A stretch of DNA of 64,000 bases from Blastocystis sp. Blastoise (taxonomy: Eukaryota > Protista > Bigyra: Opalinata): positions 1-64,000 of the forward strand of contig JBBPEB010000030.1 of NCBI GenBank assembly GCA_039096225.1, in the 5' to 3' direction. The notes beneath the pieces were generated by a model. That model was not told the origin of the DNA, did not search any database, and saw only the letters and a program-made list of their open reading frames with translations. Shown here in pieces: positions 13,301 to 27,100 of the stretch (positions are counted from its first letter, which is position 1; each line of letters begins with the position of its first letter). Position numbers and translations under genes: made by a program.

Positions 13301-14047
13301 TCAACTACTATTATACAACCTACAGAAAAAAATACTTCTGTTTCTAATAATAATAATGATTCTATTAATACTTCTTCACACTCTTTACCTGTTGTTACTA
13401 CTATTCCAACTGATGTAAATATATCTAACAATAATAATTCTACAATCATTAATGATAATACAAATAATTCAAGAAATAACACTAATACTAATAATAATGA
13501 AACAATAATACATAGAAATAATAGATCTATTAATTCCATTATGAATAGTTATTTAACTATTCCTGATTTAAGTCCTATTCTTCCTCCTTTAAGTATTCTA
13601 ACAAATATTCCTCATATTAATTTAAATAATGATAATGAATCAGAAATTATAACAACAATACCTAATAGTAGTAGTAGTAGTAGTTCAAGTGATAGTAGTA
13701 GTAGTAGTAGTAGTAGTTTTTCTGATAATGATTCTGATTCTGATTATATTGATCCTTTTCCTAATATTAATAGTAATACTCAAAATAATGACGAAATACC
13801 AGTTGTAAGAACTATTAGAAGACCTATAACAGATAATAGTATGTTTTTTATTATTTAAATATATTTATTTAATACTTTTTTATAGTTGAAGAAGATATAA
13901 TTATTCATCCTATTATTAATAGAGGAAGAAGAAGAGCTTTAGATATTTGTATGCTATTTATTTTTTATAATTCTTTATGAATAATTAAATAACAAATTAT
14001 TTTTATAGATAATCAACAAAGATTATTATATCCTGGATTACATAATT
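10328..14047 (+). CDS. Spliced N-terminal extension of RepHel A2 (phase-1 exons)
   Basis: ATG 10328 (MPRKGRMSSRRRS...). Same exon chain as A1 with splice sites retained. Confidence 0.75.
12220..12885. repeat. ~62-bp minisatellite, ~11 units (A2 copy)
   Basis: Same unit as 2680-3345. Confidence 0.9.
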
Positions 14048-14112
14048 GTATTGCTTCTATTCAAAGAAGTATTTATATATATTTAATATTTATTTTATAT
14101 TATTTTATATAG

Positions 14113-17100
14113 ATTCTCATGGTGATTTCGTATTAAATGAAGCATTGAATACTTATAAAGCTAATTATTTAGGTGATTTTAATGTTCATTGTGAATATTG
14201 TCATGCTAAACATTTTGAATTAGAGAAAGGAATGAATGATAAGTTTTATACTTGCTGTGGTAGTGGTAAAGTAGTTCTTCCTGAGCTTCCTGATCTTCCT
14301 AATACTATTCGTTCTTTATTACAAAGAGATAATCCAGATTCAAGAGAATTTATTAATAATATTATTCGATATAATAATTCTGTTGCTTTAGCTTCTTTAG
14401 CTGGAAATAATACTTCTGATGATGATTTAAGAAATTCTTCTGGACCTTTACTATTTAAATGTGGAGGTAATATATATCATACTTTTAAGAGTGCTTTAGA
14501 TTTTGATGTGAATGATCCTACAAGACATCCTGTATTCAATCAATATTATATGATAGATGGAGATGAAGCTACTCATATGAGAAGTATGAATCGATATTTT
14601 TGTGATTTAAAACCAAATATTTTAGAGATATTAGATAGTACAATAAGAGAATATCATCCATTAGCTCAAATATATAATTCACTTCGAGAAAGAGTAGATG
14701 AAGTATTAGAAGAGAATAGTCAAATGAATAGAAATAATATTAATTTATTAATAGAGTTTAAGAAACAAAGAAGAGAAGTACCTGATATAAGAAGATATAA
14801 TACTCCTCAAGTAGATGAAGTAGCAGTAATATATCAATATAGAGAAGGAGGAGTAATGCCAGAAAGAAGTTATTGTTGTTTTCCTAGAAGTGGTATGGAA
14901 ATAGTAGCTACTAATAGTAATAATGAACAGAATCGTTATACTTCAGGTCAATATATAGTAATGAAGAATACTAATTCTTATATAGATTGTATGGTTTATC
15001 CAGTTATGTTTCCAACTGGAAGACAAGGTTGGTATCCAGATTTATTATCATTGAATCGTTCTAATCAAATTACTATTACTATGTTAGAATATTATAATTA
15101 TATGCTTCAAATGAAAGATCCACCTTATGATAATTATTTATTAAAATATAAGAAATTAACTTTACAATATATTACTGATAATTATATTCGAGTAGAACAA
15201 AATAGAATTAATTATATACGAAATAATCAAAATAAGTTAAGAGCTTCAACTTATCAGAATATAAATAATATGTTAGAAGAGAGAGGAGATCAAATAAATG
15301 AGAATGATAGAAATATAGATAGAATAGGTAAAGCTATTATATTACCTTCTTCTTTTGTTGGTAGTCCAAGAAATTTGCAACAGAAATATATGGATGCTAT
15401 GAGTGTAGTTCGAGAATATGGTAAACCTGATTTATTTATAACATTTACTTGCAATCCAGATTGGTTAGAAATAAAGAATAATATTCCAGAAGGTTATACT
15501 GTTAATGAATTTCCAGATTTAGTTTCAAGAGTGTTTCATTTAAAGTTGAAACAATTACTTTCTGATATAAAGGATAAGAATATATTTGGTACTGTAGAAG
15601 CTTTATTATATTCAGTGGAATTCCAAAAGAGAGGTTTACCACATTCTCATATATTAATTATTTTAGATACGAATTCTAAATATAGAACAGAAGATGAAGT
15701 AGATAGTATAATAAGTGCAGAGATTCCTGATAAAGAATCAACTCCTCTTCTTTATGAATTAGTTAAGAAACATATGATTCATGGTCCATGTGGTCCTGAT
15801 TATGATACGAATTGTGTTTGTATTGATAGATCAACAGGTAAATGTAGTAAGAGATTTCCAAAAGAATATATAGAGCAAACTAATTGTCATTTAAATTCTT
15901 ATCCTTTATATCAAAGAAGAAATATTCCTGATAGAACTATTACTCTTATTCGTAGTCATAATACTTATACTATTGATAATCGTTGGGTAGTTCCTTATAA
16001 TCCTTATTTATTATTGAAATATCAAGCTCATATTAATGTAGAAGTCTGTTGTAATATTCAAAGTACAAAATATATATATAAGTATGCATTAAAAGGAAAT
16101 GATTCTGTGATAGCTCAATTAAGAAGAGTGAATGATAATGGAATAGTAGATGAAACTCAAGCTTATTTAGATTGTCGATATGTTTCTCCTCCTGAAGCTT
16201 CTTATCGTTTGAATTGTTTTGAAATTACTTATAATTCTGTTTCTATTAATAGATTACCTATTCATTTACCTGATGATCCATATATATTATTTCGAGAAGG
16301 ACATGAAGTAGAAGCATTAAGGAATAGTTTAGAGAAAGGTACTAAATTAACAAAATACTTTGATTTAGAGAAAGAAGTTCAGAATCAAAGAAAGATATAT
16401 ACTTATTATTATATAGAGAAGAAGCATGGTATTCGTAATATGAATAATGTAGAAGAAGAAAGAGAATTGATTCAAGTTCGTTTAGAAGAGATAAATAGAA
16501 TAAATAGTTATGAAGTAGATGATGATAATATATCCGAAGAATTATTGAAAATATTAGATGAGAAATATCCTATTTATGCTTATCATGAAATACCAAAATA
16601 TTATGTATGGAAATCGAATACAAATACTTGGAATAGACGTCAGAGAGATATAAAAGCTTTAGGAAGAATGTATTATGTGAATCCAAAAGATAAGGAACGA
16701 TATGCTTTGAGATTATTATTATTGAATACGAAAGGAGCTGATAGCTTTGATTCTTTGAAGATAGTAAAAGGATTGAATAGTAATGAACCTTATAGAACCT
16801 TTAGTGAAGCAGCTATAGCAAGAGGATTATTGAATAATGAGAGAGAAGTATTTGATTCATTTTCAGAAGCTATTGTTTTTGCTACTCCATGTCAATTGAG
16901 ACAATTATTTATTACTTATATTTCAGAATCATTATTAACAAATGTGAAAGAGTTTTGGATTCGATTTAAATCATTTCTTAGTGAGGATTATAAACATTCA
17001 ATGCATAATAATGAAATAGATTATATAAATACTCCTTTAGCTCAAGATTTAGATTCATCAAGTGTTATAGAAGATGATACTAATAGTGTTCTTCAAGATT

Positions 17101-18725
17101 ATGAAATACGTACTTTACAAGATATAAAAGAGATGATGATAAGTATAGGAGTGAATTATAATGATTTAGGATTACCTCAAGTAGAAGAACAACATCATTA
17201 TAATGATTATAATTATAATCCTACATTAGAATTACAAGAAGCTAATAGAGTAATAGAATTATTAAATGAAGAACAAAGAAATGCATTTGATAGAGTAATT
17301 CATTCAATAGAAAGTAGTAGAATAGAAGATAAGTTATGTTTCTTTATAGATGGTCCAGGTGGAAGTGGAAAGACTTTCTTATATAATAGTTTATTAAGTT
17401 ATTTACGTGGACATAATAAGAATGTATTACCTGTAGCTTCAACAGGAATTGCTTCTACTTTATTACCAGGTGGTAGAACAGCTCATAAACAATTTGGTAT
17501 TCCTTTGAATGTTGATCCTGATTCTACTTCAAATATAGATTTAGCTAGAGATAGAAGAAAAGTAGAAGAAATAAGAATAGCTGATTTAATAATATGGGAT
17601 GAAGCTCCTATGATGAAAGGTGATTGTTTTATGGTAGTACATAGATTATTATGTGATATAATGAATACAGAATTAGATATTCCTTTTGGTGGTAAAACAG
17701 TAGTATTAGGAGGAGATTTCAGACAATGTTTACCAGTTATAAGAAAAGGAACTCAAGCTCAGATTGTTAGTTCTTCTATAAAGTTTTGTTCCTTATGGAA
17801 TTCTATCAAAAATAATGTCATTCATTTATCAAGAAATATGAGAGCTTTAGAAGGAGCAGATGATTTTAGACAATGGTTATTACAAGTAGGAGATGGTGTT
17901 CTTTCTAATAATTATACTATTAGTCATCATTTAGATATAGATTATATTCCTATTCCTCCTCAATGTATTGTGAATGATGATTTATGTGTTACTGTATTTG
18001 GACATCGAATCAATACTTCTCTTGATTCTGATATCAAACGATTAGCTTCTTCTGTTATATTAGCTTCTACTAATGATTGTGTTGGTACTTTAAATGATTT
18101 CATTGTTGATAATCTTCTTTCTGGAACTACTACTCCTTATATCTCTTCTGATTCTATTCTTGATTCTGAAACAGATGATCCAGAATCAAATTATCCTATC
18201 GAGTTTATCAATTCTCAAACACCTTCTGGAATGCCTCCTCATATATTAAATTTAAAAATAGGTTGTATCATTATGCTTTTAAGAAATCTTAATCCTTCTA
18301 AAGGATTATGTAATGGTACTAGACTTATAGTAACTCGATTAGGATCAAATAATATTACTGCTACTATTTTAAATCCTCCTCCTTCTCTTACTATTGATGA
18401 ACAAACTGTTATTATTCCAAGAATCATCTGTAATTCAAATCCTGAAGATCTTCCTATTATTATATCCAGAAGACAATTTCCTATTCGTTTAGCCTTTGCC
18501 ATGACTATCAACAAATCTCAAGGACAAACATTTGAAAGAGTTGGTGTTTACTTAGATCGTCCTGTCTTCTCTCATGGTCAACTCTATGTTGCTTTCAGTC
18601 GTGCTCGATCTTTCAACGCTCTTTTTATTAAGGTAGTTGATAGTGTCTCTCAAGGTAAGATGATTAGTAGTAGTAATGAAATATTTACTAAGAACGTGGT
18701 CTTCAGGTCTACTCTAAATAATTAA
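14113..18725 (+). CDS. Helitron RepHel transposase A2, catalytic exon
   Basis: Same motifs as A1. About 8 aa differences by eye. Same 4613-nt exon length. Confidence 0.97.
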
Positions 18726-18908
18726 ATGCTTTATTTTTTCTTTTTTCTTCTTTTGTTATATTTGTTTGTTTTTGTTTTATGTTTGTTAATTATTTTTTCT
18801 TTTTAATCTATTACTTCTTCACTTTTTATTTGTTTTTTAAATGTTTATAATAAACAAGGTTGTTTTGTTCAATAAAGTTAAAGAAATAATTTTAAAACCC
18901 AACTGCAC

Positions 18909-18961
18909 AACGCAGCCGCGGCGCGTCGCCGTTAGGCGGTGCGCCAGCGGCGTTACCCTAG
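18909..18961 (+). other. Helitron A2 3' hairpin followed by CTAG
   Basis: Identical to 9382-9434. Confidence 0.93.
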
Positions 18962-21900
18962 TGTATATGAAGAAAACAAGAGATAGCACATTAATAAATA
19001 GAAAATTCAGAACAAAAATAATAATGAATAGGAAGAAGATAATGAAATAAAGATGAAGATGATGATGAAGAAGAAGGAAATGAATAATGACAAGAAGAAG
19101 ATGATGAAGAAGAAGGAAATGAATAATGACAAGAAGAAGATGATGAAGAAGAAGGAAATGAATAATGACAACAAGAAGATGATGAAGAAGAAGAAGGAAA
19201 TGAATAATGACAACAAGAAGATGAAGAATAAATAGAATAATGATAAGAAAGAATAAATAGATTAATAAGAGAACAAGAGGATGAATGTGAAGAAGAGACA
19301 AGGAAGGAGGTGAAAAAAAGAAAGAAAAGCAAGATAAAGAATAGGAAGAAGATATACAAGAAAATGAAGAAGAAGAGAAAGAAAAGAAAAGAAGAATGAA
19401 CAAAAAACATATATAGAGAACAGAAAGATATAAAGAAATAAAAGAGATAGATATATAGATAGATGGATATATAGATGGATGCATAAATAGACAGATAAAA
19501 TGAGAAAGAAATAGAGAATAAGAGATACAAAGATATAAATAAATAGATAGATATAGAAAAGAGAAAGAAGAAAAGAGAGAAATAAAAAAAGAAATCAGAT
19601 AGAAAGAGATAGAATGAGAGATAGAACGATAGATAAAGAGAGATATACAAAGTAATGAAATAGAGAACCAGAGAAAATAGATACAAGAATAAAGATAAAA
19701 ATCGAAGAAAGAGTGTGAAAGTAAAATAACATAAAGAGAGATAGAGAGAAAGAGATGAATTGAAGAAATAGCGAGAAGGATGAAGGAAAAATATATAATA
19801 GGAAGAGGAAGAAGGGAGAGGAAGAAAAAGAAAAAGAGACGAAGATGGGATATGAAGACAAAGATGGGAGAGAAAAAGATCAGGAAGCGAGGAAACAAAA
19901 AGATAAAAATATATAAAGAGGGAAAAAGTTCAGAAAAATAGAAAAAGATAGAGAGGGATAGGGAAAACTAATAATATAGAATGATAAAGAGAGAATGAGA
20001 GATAAAGAAAGATAAAGAAGAAAAAAGAGTTATAAAATAATAAAGAAAGAAAAAAAAAGAACGATAGTATATGAGAGAAGAAAGAGACACAAAGAAAAAG
20101 ATAAATAAGAGAGAAACATAGAAAGAGATAGAATATATAGAAGATGAGAAAGGATTGAGATAGAAAGATACATTGAGATAGAAGAAGACAGAAGGATATA
20201 GAGAAGGAGATACATAGTGATAAAAAGGAAAACATGAATAGAGAGTAGATAGAAGAAAATAGAGAAGGAGAAGTAGATAAAAGAAGATAGAAAGAAGAGA
20301 GAAGTAGATTAAAATAAAAACAAATAGCAAGAAATAAAAGAAGATAGGGAAGAATATAGAATGATCTGAAGAATGAGATGTAGATAGAAGTGAATAGAAG
20401 GAAATAGAGAAGGAGAAGTAGATAGAGAAGAATAAAATGAAAGTAGAAGTAGAAGGAGAATTAGAGAGAAATAGGAAAAATACGTAGGACACGAGAGAGA
20501 GAGAGAGATAAAATGATATAAAATAATAGAGAGGGAGAGAAAGCGGATTGAGATATAGTAAGGGAGAAACATGTAGACAGAGATAGAGAAGTAGATAGAG
20601 GGAGATAAAGAAGATAGAAGAGACATACAAGGAGAGATAGTAGATTAAGCTAGAATGGATATAATAAGATAGAGAAGAAAAAGAAAGAGATATAAGCAGA
20701 TAAGAGAAAATTGAAGGAAATAGAGAATGAGATACAGACACATAAATGAGATAGAATGAGATATATAGAGATAGATAAATATGAAGAAAAAAATAGGAAT
20801 ACATAGAGATAGAAGGATATTGAAAGAGAGAGAAAAGGAGAGAAAGAAGATTGAGACAGAAGGAGTAGCAGAGATAAAAGGAAATAGAGAAGGAAATAGA
20901 AGGAGAATGAGAAAAGAAGGAGAAGGAGATATGTAAGATTTGGATAAAATGAGAAAGAGAAGAAGAATAGATAAGAAGAATATGATAGAAGGAGATAGAA
21001 AAAGAGATGAATAGGGATAGAAAGAGACAAATAAGGGAGAAATTGTTAGAAGGATATAGAAGAAGATAGAAAACGAGAAAGAAGGAGAGATTGAAAGATA
21101 TAAAGGAGATTAAGAAAGAAGTGAGCAAGAAGAAGATAGAGATAGATAGAAAGAAATAAAAGGAGATAAATAAAAGATAAAATGGAGATAAATAGGAGAT
21201 TAAGATAGAAGAAAAGAGAGAATGAGATAAAAGTGATAAAAAGGAAAACATGGATAGAGAGGAGATAGAAGAAAACAGAGAAGGAGAAGTAGATAAAAGA
21301 AAATAGAAAGAAGAGAGAAGTAGATTAAAATAGAATAAAATGTAGATAGAAGGAACAGAGAAGTAGATTAAAATACAGTAGATAGGAAAAGATAAAAGGA
21401 AGATAAGGAAGGATATAGAATGATCTGAAGAATGAGACAGAGAATGAAGAGAAGGAACAGAGAAGTAGATTAAAATAGAAGGAGATGTGGATAGAAGGAG
21501 ATAAAAGAAAATAGAGAAGGAGAAGTAGATAGAAGTAGATAGAAAGAAGAGAGAAGTAGATTAAAATAAAATAAAATGTAGATAGAAGGAGATAGATACA
21601 TATAAAAAAAGATAGAGAATGAAATATGAAAAACAAAGTAGAGAGGAATAGAGAGAAAAAATAAAAAATAAATAGAACAAGAGAGAGAGACAAAAAATAC
21701 GGAATGAGAGTAAGAAGGAAAGAAAGAGGATTGAGATATAATAAGATAGAACGATGCAGAAGGACATAGAGAAGTATAGAAGTAGGTAGATAAGATAAAG
21801 GCAAAATAAAATGAGAAAGAGATGTAAATAGAACAATCCAGAATGAGAGAAAGAAGACGAGAAAGTAGATTAAAATAGAAGGAATATAATGATATGAAGA

Positions 21901-23330
21901 AGAAAATAGAAACGTAGATAGAATTAGATAGAATGAGATAAAATGAGTTAGATGGGTATAGAAGGAGAGAGAAATGAAACAAATAAAAAGATAAAGAACG
22001 AGATAAAGTGAAGAAAAAGATATAGATACATAAAAGGAGATATAACGAAATAAAAAGGAAATAAAAAGGAAATAAAAAGGAAATAAAAAGGAAATAAAAA
22101 AAATAAATAGAAAATAAAATAAAAGACAAATAAAAAATAGAGAAGATAAAAATAGAAGGATAAAATAGAAATAGAGACAGGGAAGACTAAAAAGAAGGAG
22201 CTTAGAAGGAGATAAATGAAGATATAGAAGGAAAAGTATATAGAAGGAGGAGAAAATAAAGATAGGAAGAAACAGGAAAGGAGATAAGGAAGAAGTAGAG
22301 AAGATAAAGATAAATACAGATAGAGAGAGGTAGAAGAAGATAGAAAGAGATAAAGTAATAATAGAGAAGGAAAATGAGATACAAAATGAGATAGAAATGA
22401 TTAATATAGAAGGAGATGAGAATGGCATAAATAACTGAAATAAGTAGGTATAAGTAGATAGAGAAGGATAAAGATAGAAATAGAAATAGAGAAATAAATA
22501 TAAAAAAAAATTGAAATACAAGGTGAACGAGAGAGAGAAGGAGACAAAAAGAGAGAATGAAGATATATAATGAGATGAAGAAGGAGATTGAAAGAGAAGA
22601 TAAATATAGACAGTGAAAGAGAGAAATAAAAAGAATAACTAATCATAGACATAGAGAGAAATAGAGAGAAATAGAACATACAGAGGGAGGAAAGAAAAAC
22701 GGGAGAAGAATATGTGGAAAGAGATAGAGAAGATGATAGAAGAAAATATGATATAAGAAAGATAAAGATAGATAGGAAGAGATATAGAAAGATATAGAAG
22801 GAGAGTGAGATGAAAAAAGAAAGAGATGGGGATCGAGATAGAAGGAGATATAAATAGTAGACAAGGAAATGGAGAGATATAGGGAGAACTACGACAGAAG
22901 AAGAAAGAAGACTGAGACAGAATGAAATAAAGAAGAATTAGTTAGAAGAATGAGAGAAGGAAATAGACAAGTAGTGGATTTAGAGAAGAAGATAAAAGAA
23001 AAATAAAGAAGGAAATAGAAAAGGAAACGAGAAGAAGATAGAAGAAGATAGAAAGAATGCTAATATATAACGAGGTTAGAAGGAGATAGAAAGATAGAGA
23101 GAAGTTAAAATATAGAAAGAAGTGAGAAGTAAGAAGGAAGAAGAAGAAGAAAAATATTAGGATGCAAGAGACAGAGTAAGAAGAAAGTAGGAAGAAGTAA
23201 GAAATAAAAAAAGAAGAAAGTAAGCAGAAGAAGAAGAAAGAAGAAGAAAGAAAAGAAGAAAGTAAGAAGTAAGAAGGAAGACAGAAGGAAGAAGAAAGAA
23301 GTAAGAAGAAAATAAAACTTTGATTAAGAG
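18962..23330 (+). repeat. ~4.4-kb polypurine (A/G-rich, C-poor on +) low-complexity tract with internal repeats
   Basis: GAGA/GAAG/ATAG-rich. 39-bp x4 repeat at 19061-19225, ~100-bp duplication 20217-20315 vs 21233-21333, (GAAATAAAAAG)x4 at ~22047-22100. Confidence 0.9.
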
Positions 23331-23912
23331 AAGACGATAATTCTTGAGTAATAAGGGAAACTAGATAAATAAATAAATAAATTGTAAATATATTAGAAGA
23401 AACATACTAAAAAATAATTTTTGAATCTGGTAATGTTGAGGCATAAAATAGAAAAGAAAGCAGGAATACAAGAAAACAACCTAAAGAAGTAAACAATAAT
23501 AAATAAATCTATTAAAATAAATAAAAAAAAATAAAATAAAATGAATTAGAATTCTAATTCAAGAAAAAGAAAAAATAAAGTTAATAATTATATAAAATAA
23601 CAAATAACAAGTGATCTATCATATAGTATGACAGCAATATAAAAAGCTAAAGAGATAAAAGATAATTACTAAAAAAAATATATATATATACTATGAAAAT
23701 AATTTGACATCATGGACCTTATTAAGACGGATTGAAGAAGCCTATGAAAGCCATAAGACGACAAGAAACTATATATGCTAGAGAATGGGAGAATAATAAT
23801 ATGGATAAAGAATAAAAAATAGTAATATACATACAAGAGAATAATCTGAAGTTAAAATCAACTTCTATTTTTTAAAATAAAAGCTAATAAAAATAAAAAA
23901 AAATAAAGAAAA

Positions 23913-23950
23913 CAAGCGTTTCACGGCCTGCCTACGCAGGCCTACGCTTG
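23913..23950 (-). other. Helitron B 3' terminus: compound hairpin ending CTTG
   Basis: Minus strand reads CAAGCGT A GGCCTGC GTAG GCAGGCC GTGAA ACGCTTG|T. Identical at 36687-36724. Confidence 0.88.
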
Positions 23951-24149
23951 AGTTTTATTTTAAAATATTTAGTTTTAGTTTTTGGTTTTAAGTTTAACAA
24001 AACAACAAAATATTATATATTTAACTTTTAAGAACAGCAAATAAAAATTGAAAAGAGAAAAATAATAAATAAAAACAAATATATTAACAAAGAATAACGA
24101 ATATAAAAGAAATCAAAGAATAAAACAAATAAAACAAATAAAACGATAA

Positions 24150-27100
24150 CTAATTTAAAACTCCATCAAAAATGCAATTAGTCGTAAATACCTTATTAGG
24201 ATAGTTTTTACTAAGATGTCCTTGATTATTGTTATTACAATTTTCAGCATAAATATGTAAACCATTAAAAGAACGAACTCTACTGAAAGCAACATATAAT
24301 TGACCATGACTAAATACAGGTCTCTTTAAATATAATCCAACATTTTTAAATGTTTGACCTTGTGATTTATTAATAGTCATAGCAAAAGCTAATCGAACAG
24401 GAAATTGTTTTCTTCTCATCTTAGTAGGAAGTGAATCATCTGAAGTAATTAAACTGATTCTTGGAATAAATACAATATCTTCACCAGGTAATAAATTATC
24501 TGGCTTATTTAATAATTGAGCACGAATAACATTATTTAATGTTTCAAGAACAACTAATCTTGTTCCATTACATAAACCCTTCTTTATATTAAGATTTCTC
24601 AATAACATAATAATACAGCCTTTTCTTAGTCTTAATTTATGAGGAGGAAATCCTTGAGGAAGAAGAGTATTAAGAAATTCAGGAGAATAAGCAGCTCTTT
24701 CAGAATCATTAACTATTTCATCTTCTAAAGTATCAAAACTATAATATATTTTTTCTGATTCTGAAGAAGGTATTAAATCTAATACTTTCTCATTAATATC
24801 AAAAGTATCTTCATTCGTACAACATAAAATACAATTCTCAGATAAATCTTTTCTATGTTGTTCTGATAAAATATTTCTATTATGAAGTATATTCTCCCAT
24901 ATCTCTTTATATAAATTTTCTGTACTTATACATTGTGAAGGTATTTCTACAATATTATCATTCAAATCAGATTCATTATTTAATCGTTCACCATTTCCTA
25001 CTTTCATTAGCCATTCTTTAAAATCTAAAGCATCTCTATCTGCTCTCATATTCTGAACTAAATGACATTGTATAAAATTATTCCAATATTTAAATCTTTT
25101 CAAACATACACCAACAGTAGATGATTCATTTCCATTTTTAACTACTGGTAAACATTGTCTAAAATCTCCACCTAAAACAATAGTTTTACCAACAAAAGGA
25201 TATTGAAGACATGGATCTTCAGAATCTATTGAACTAAATAAATCATGTAATAAATTATCAAGAACTTCTAAAGCATAAATAGAAGCCATAGGTGCTTCAT
25301 CCCAAATAATAATAGCACATTTTCTTAAATCATTTGCTTTTGCACTACTTCTTGTTATATGTGAAATAGACATTTCATTTAGATCAAGTGGTAATCCAAA
25401 TACAGAATGAGAAGTACTTCCTCCTGATAATAAAGTAGCTGCTATTCCTGTGAATGCAACAGCTAATACAGGTTTTTCTCTTGTACGAATCATCTTAATC
25501 AAAGTATTATATAAGAATGTTTTTCCAGTTCCACCAGGACCATCAATAAAGAACATATTATTATTATGAGGTTGAGTATTATTAACAGATACCATAATTC
25601 TATCAAATATTTCTTTTTGTTCTCTATTTAACATTTGATAATTTCTTTCTGCTTCTCTATGTGCAACATCAAAATCATAAAATTCTAATGTAGAAACACC
25701 ACTATTAGGATTAAAATGTGAAGTATATTGAATAGTAGGCATATTAGTATATTTACCTCCATTTGATTCTATTAATGTTTTGATATTATATAAAGCTCTT
25801 GGATAACAATAATTGATTACAATAGGATCTTGATCAATAATATCAGGATCAGTTGAAAGAGAATGATTAATACGTTCATTTATAGTAAAATGATCTATTG
25901 AATATTGATAATATATATCAGAAATCATTTCATATTTAAATTCATTCCATAAATCCATTGCTTTATCAGTAATATTATAATATACAAATAATAAAGCAAA
26001 TACTAATCGTAATTGAGAAGGATGACAATCATGCATTACTTCATCTAATATATGTCTATATTCATTAGTATCATCTAATAATCCTCTTGCTATACATACT
26101 CCTTCATAAGTTGGATAAGGTAATTCTCGATCATACATTCTTAATGATTCAAAACTTGTTGGTCTATTTACATGAGTTAATAATAATTTTAAACAAAATG
26201 CTTCTTTATTAGTTGGATTTATATAAGGTATTCTTCCAAGTGTCTTCGAATTCTTTTGTCTTGGTTTCCATATATGTTCTCCTTTACACCATGTATAATA
26301 TTGAGGAAACATATCATATGTCATAAAATCTGGTTCTTCTAAAGTAGGAACATATAAATGATTATTTAAATCATCATTTGCTTTGAAATATGCTTCTAAC
26401 ATAGATAATTTATTTCCTTGTATTTCTTCTGCTTGTTCTTCTGAACCATCTGTATATACTATATTCTTATCATTCTCATCATGAATCAATAATATTTGAA
26501 CAGCTATATTTGATTGTACTATAGGAAATCCTAATATTCTCCAAACTCCTTCAGTTGATGATATATATCTTGCATCTAAATATTGTTTAACTTCATTATT
26601 ATTTGTTTCATTTGAAGAAGCTGATAATTCAGCTCTCATTGAATCATGACCTTTTGTTGTATATTTATATAGATACTTTACTGTATGTAAACTATAAACT
26701 GCTTCAACATTAATATGTGCTTCTAATTTGAGTGATAAATATGGATTATATGGAACAACATATTCATTAGTAGCTTCTAAATCACCATTATTACGATGAA
26801 ATACTACTTTTCTTCCATCATTTGGTCTAAAATATAAAGGATAAGAATCATTAGGAATTGTAGTACATTCTTGAAATGGTTTAGGAAATCCTTTCTTACA
26901 TATTCCATGAGAATCTAAACATGGAGAATTTGAAACATGAGGACCATGTATATTCATTGTACTTACTATTTTAAATAATCTAGGATTCTTTTCTTCATCA
27001 GGAAGATAAGCACATATAATAGAATCAAGTTCATTAATATCATGTATTTTATCTTGTTGTCCAACATTCAATAAGATATGAGCATGAGGTAATCCTCTCT

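Larger units (their letters stand above)
9435..18961 (+). mobile_element. Helitron family A, copy A2 (autonomous; true 5' TC end not seen)
   Basis: Same architecture as A1. 3' hairpin and CTAG at 18958-18961, followed by T and unrelated purine-rich flank. Confidence 0.92.

Noticed and set aside
1-18961. Assembly duplication artefact
   Set aside because: The copies differ by many substitutions and indels and by minisatellite variant order.
19061-19225. Stop-codon recoding in the 39-bp repeat (DDEEEGNE**QEE)
   Set aside because: RepHel and MULE genes read and terminate normally with the standard code. The repeat is most simply non-coding.
18837-22864. Long F/L/S/Y-rich minus-strand ORFs and K/R-rich plus-strand ORFs
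   Set aside because: Stop-poor shadows of the polypurine tract. They overlap in several frames and have no domain motifs.
23350-23870. Host gene model on the minus strand
   Set aside because: Exon-like blocks are present but I could not join them in a consistent open frame.
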